Shown in pieces: positions 61,904 through 64,000 of a stretch of DNA of 64,000 bases (its first letter is position 1; each line of letters begins with the position of its first letter). The position numbers and the translations under genes are program-made. Source of the DNA: Escherichia phage kaaroe. The stretch lies in the sequence record MN850574.1; one strand, written 5' to 3'. Under the pieces are notes generated by a model. That model was not told the DNA's origin and did no database searches. It saw only the letters and a program-made list of their open reading frames with translations.

Positions 61904-62385
61904 AAATGATTAAACTGATTGGTCTTGCGGCTGCATTCATGCTTACTGGTTGTGCCAACATGGAAGCTATGATGAATGCTAAATCAGATCCGGTTTTCTT
62001 GCTTCGTGAATGTAAAGCAGCATATGCAAGTGATGATCAGATCGAATCATGCTTTATTTCTAAAATGGAACGTCGAGACGTAGATCGAGTTAAAGTTGGT
62101 TTAGCACCACAAACGCAGATGTTCAAGGAGGCAATCAAAGAAGCGCGGGAAGAGAAAGCACAAGAAGAAAAGAAGCGTCAAGAAGAATTGCGCAAGCAGA
62201 AAGAAGAGTCTATACAACTTGAGAAGATGAAAGCGCGGGATCGCTGTATTATCATGTCTGACATGCAGATAGAGCAAGAAGCAAGAAAGGCAGCATTAAA
62301 CGGTGATTATGACCGTTATGAAGAACTTAACAGCGCAGAATTTCAAACTAAGGCACTAAAATATTGCAATGATTTAGCAAAATAA
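61900..62385 (+). CDS. putative lipoprotein with K/E-rich C-terminus
   Basis: Signal peptide with lipobox LTGC (MKMIKLIGLAAAFMLTGC); ATGA overlap with upstream ORF. Confidence 0.55.
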   Translation: MKMIKLIGLAAAFMLTGCANMEAMMNAKSDPVFLLRECKAAYASDDQIESCFISKMERRDVDRVKVGLAPQTQMFKEAIKEAREEKAQEEKKRQEELRKQKEESIQLEKMKARDRCIIMSDMQIEQEARKAALNGDYDRYEELNSAEFQTKALKYCNDLAK

Positions 62386-62388
62386 AAA

Positions 62389-62412
62389 GGCGGGGATAAT
62401 CCCCGCCTTTCG
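62389..62412. terminator. bidirectional hairpin terminator between convergent genes
   Basis: GGCGGGGA-TAA-TCCCCGCC flanked by A-run upstream and TTTCGC downstream; between + ORF and minus-strand gene 54. Confidence 0.7.
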
Positions 62413-62416
62413 CTTA

Positions 62417-63349
62417 TCAGAACCAGTTAGTGACAGTATTCACCACACGCCCACCAACGCCATTTAGACGCGATAAAGCATTACCAGCAGCAGATAACCC
62501 ACTATCAAGTAAATTATTGCCGAAAGTGTTTGTTATTGCGTTTATTGCCTTATCCTCAATCCATTCTCGCGCGGCTTGCTCTCCTACAGCACCAGTTTGC
62601 ATAGTCCTATACGCAAAAGTAACATCGAATGTTGTAATTTCGTTGTTATTTTCATAGGTTAATTCCGGTGCACTCACACCAACAGGAACACAACCATTAA
62701 ACATCATGATCGTGTGAGGAACTCCCATTCGGTTATGTAAGTTAACCTGAATATCTGCTTCAACGTCAACAGGAAGCGCACGAAGCCCTGTAACGGGGTC
62801 TTCTACTGAGTTAACCCAATCCTGCATTGCTCTATAGTTTGATGCGCTAGAGTCCATTCTAAAGCTCAATACAAGCGGATCGAAATCACGTCCGGTAATT
62901 CGAATGTTTGGCGCATTGTGGTTACGGTCCATTTCATAATTCAATCTGTTTTCTGGAACCTTAACAGCATACACCAGAAGACCGCTTGTCTTATATGCCA
63001 TATTGAACCAGTCAAGCGCATATGTACCAACATCAAATTGCCCCAGAAGAGATTGAACTACGCGGGATGACATTGCACCTAAAAGATACTTTTTGACACC
63101 GGATGAATCAACAGCACGCCTAACACCCTGTACAGCAAGATTTGTTAATGCGTCAGTATAATCACCACGAGTAATCCCGAAATAGTCATTTAATGCATTT
63201 GGTATAATATCATATACCGCACCGCCCATACTTTCTAGGATCGCTTGTGTCTTATTACTTGGAGTGGTGGCAAATGCCACGCTGAATAAGTTAGATCGCT
63301 GAAAGTCAAGGTTAGCGGCTTGTTCGTTAAAATCATTTAAATCAAACAT
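62417..63349 (-). CDS. 54: baseplate tail-tube initiator gp54
   Basis: FNMAYKTSGLLVYAVKVPENRLNYE, NIRITGRDFDPLVLSFRMDS, NYRAMQDWVNSVEDPVTGLRALP match T4 gp54. Confidence 0.93.
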   Translation of the reverse strand: MFDLNDFNEQAANLDFQRSNLFSVAFATTPSNKTQAILESMGGAVYDIIPNALNDYFGITRGDYTDALTNLAVQGVRRAVDSSGVKKYLLGAMSSRVVQSLLGQFDVGTYALDWFNMAYKTSGLLVYAVKVPENRLNYEMDRNHNAPNIRITGRDFDPLVLSFRMDSSASNYRAMQDWVNSVEDPVTGLRALPVDVEADIQVNLHNRMGVPHTIMMFNGCVPVGVSAPELTYENNNEITTFDVTFAYRTMQTGAVGEQAAREWIEDKAINAITNTFGNNLLDSGLSAAGNALSRLNGVGGRVVNTVTNWF

Positions 63350-64000
63350 TATACCACACTCCCAAATATAGTACCACGGGAAAGTGTCAAGATCTCTCTA
63401 AATGATACTTCCAGAACAAATGTACTAGGCAAGTTAGGAGAAATAGCAAGGCCATTAAACTTACCATCAGGCGACTTGTCCAGACGTACACTTGAGATCT
63501 GAGCGGGACCAAATGCATCGCTACGCCCTTCAAACGATGTACGCTTGCCGAAGTTAGAGATCATCCATATTGTCGGGTTAGATACAGTAATTGCGTTTGA
63601 TAGAAAATCGGTGATCCCTTCAAACAGAGTATCATTTCTCTTCGCTTCCTCTGGGGTGGATTTTCTCAATAGTGTATTTTTATACCACGCATCAACTTCC
63701 GCTTTTAATTCTTTTGCGGTGCTGGAAATACCACTAGACCCATAAGACAACTCTAAAAACGTTTCGTATATGATCAGAATATTGCGAAGGTCTTCAATAC
63801 TACGTGGGGTTAGATGCCATACGTAGTTTTTAGTTCGTGCGTCAGCACCAGCATACATGCTTCGCGCAGTATTATAAATCTGTTCACCGTGATCGGCAAG
63901 GTATCCACCAGTAATACTTTCGATACCACCAAAAACGGCAGTAGATGCCATATTAGAAAGAGCACCGCCTAAAGTACCACCACCGCGAGAAATAACAGAT
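63349..64000 (-). CDS. 48: baseplate tail-tube cap gp48, C-terminal part (N-terminus outside window)
   Basis: Minus-strand frame stays open to the window edge; stop overlaps gene 54 start (TAATG); position as gene 48 in T4. Confidence 0.6.
   Translation of the reverse strand, partial: SVISRGGGTLGGALSNMASTAVFGGIESITGGYLADHGEQIYNTARSMYAGADARTKNYVWHLTPRSIEDLRNILIIYETFLELSYGSSGISSTAKELKAEVDAWYKNTLLRKSTPEEAKRNDTLFEGITDFLSNAITVSNPTIWMISNFGKRTSFEGRSDAFGPAQISSVRLDKSPDGKFNGLAISPNLPSTFVLEVSFREILTLSRGTIFGSVV

Noticed and set aside
1-64000. tRNA or other small RNA genes
   Set aside because: No cloverleaf-like segments or conserved tRNA boxes were recognisable by eye in intergenic regions; a tRNAscan-type search would be needed to exclude them.

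Overview
This window reads as a ~64 kb segment of a T4-like (Tevenvirinae-type) myophage genome, running opposite to the conventional T4 map. All protein identifications rest on motif-level similarity recalled from T4 proteins; no database search was run. Gene order on the + strand (early/middle genes): primase 61 (3' end), dCTPase 56, a ModA/ModB-like ADP-ribosyltransferase, dda helicase, dexA, a single fused topoisomerase II large subunit (39+60), rIIA, rIIB, topoisomerase subunit 52, then ~5 kb of small early ORFs. On the minus strand follow holin t and the long tail fibre genes 37-36-35-34 with late promoters (TATAAATA) and hairpin terminators. The + strand resumes with rnh, dsbA/33-position ORFs, 59, 32, a zinc-ribbon/GIY-YIG-like mobile-endonuclease-type gene, frd, td (with an in-frame insertion, no intron), nrdA, nrdB, HAD phosphatase, a GIY-YIG gene, RNA ligase 1, spanin pair, pseT, dCMP deaminase, gp31, a NADAR-domain protein, DNA ligase 30, an HNH endonuclease, and an ~8 kb hyperplastic array of ~25 small early ORFs. 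The window ends with alt plus a second ADP-ribosyltransferase, a lipoprotein, and baseplate genes 54 and 48 (minus strand, 48 truncated by the window edge). At least 27 copies of a conserved early promoter/leader/RBS cassette, many carrying a GC-rich dyad over or beside the -10 box, drive the small-gene arrays. The most promising undescribed candidate is a translationally coupled six-gene early operon (56114-58346) encoding an m5C-methyltransferase-like core, a zinc-ribbon protein and a DUF262 (DGQQR-type) nuclease-like protein. No rRNA, tRNA or CRISPR array was recognised by eye.
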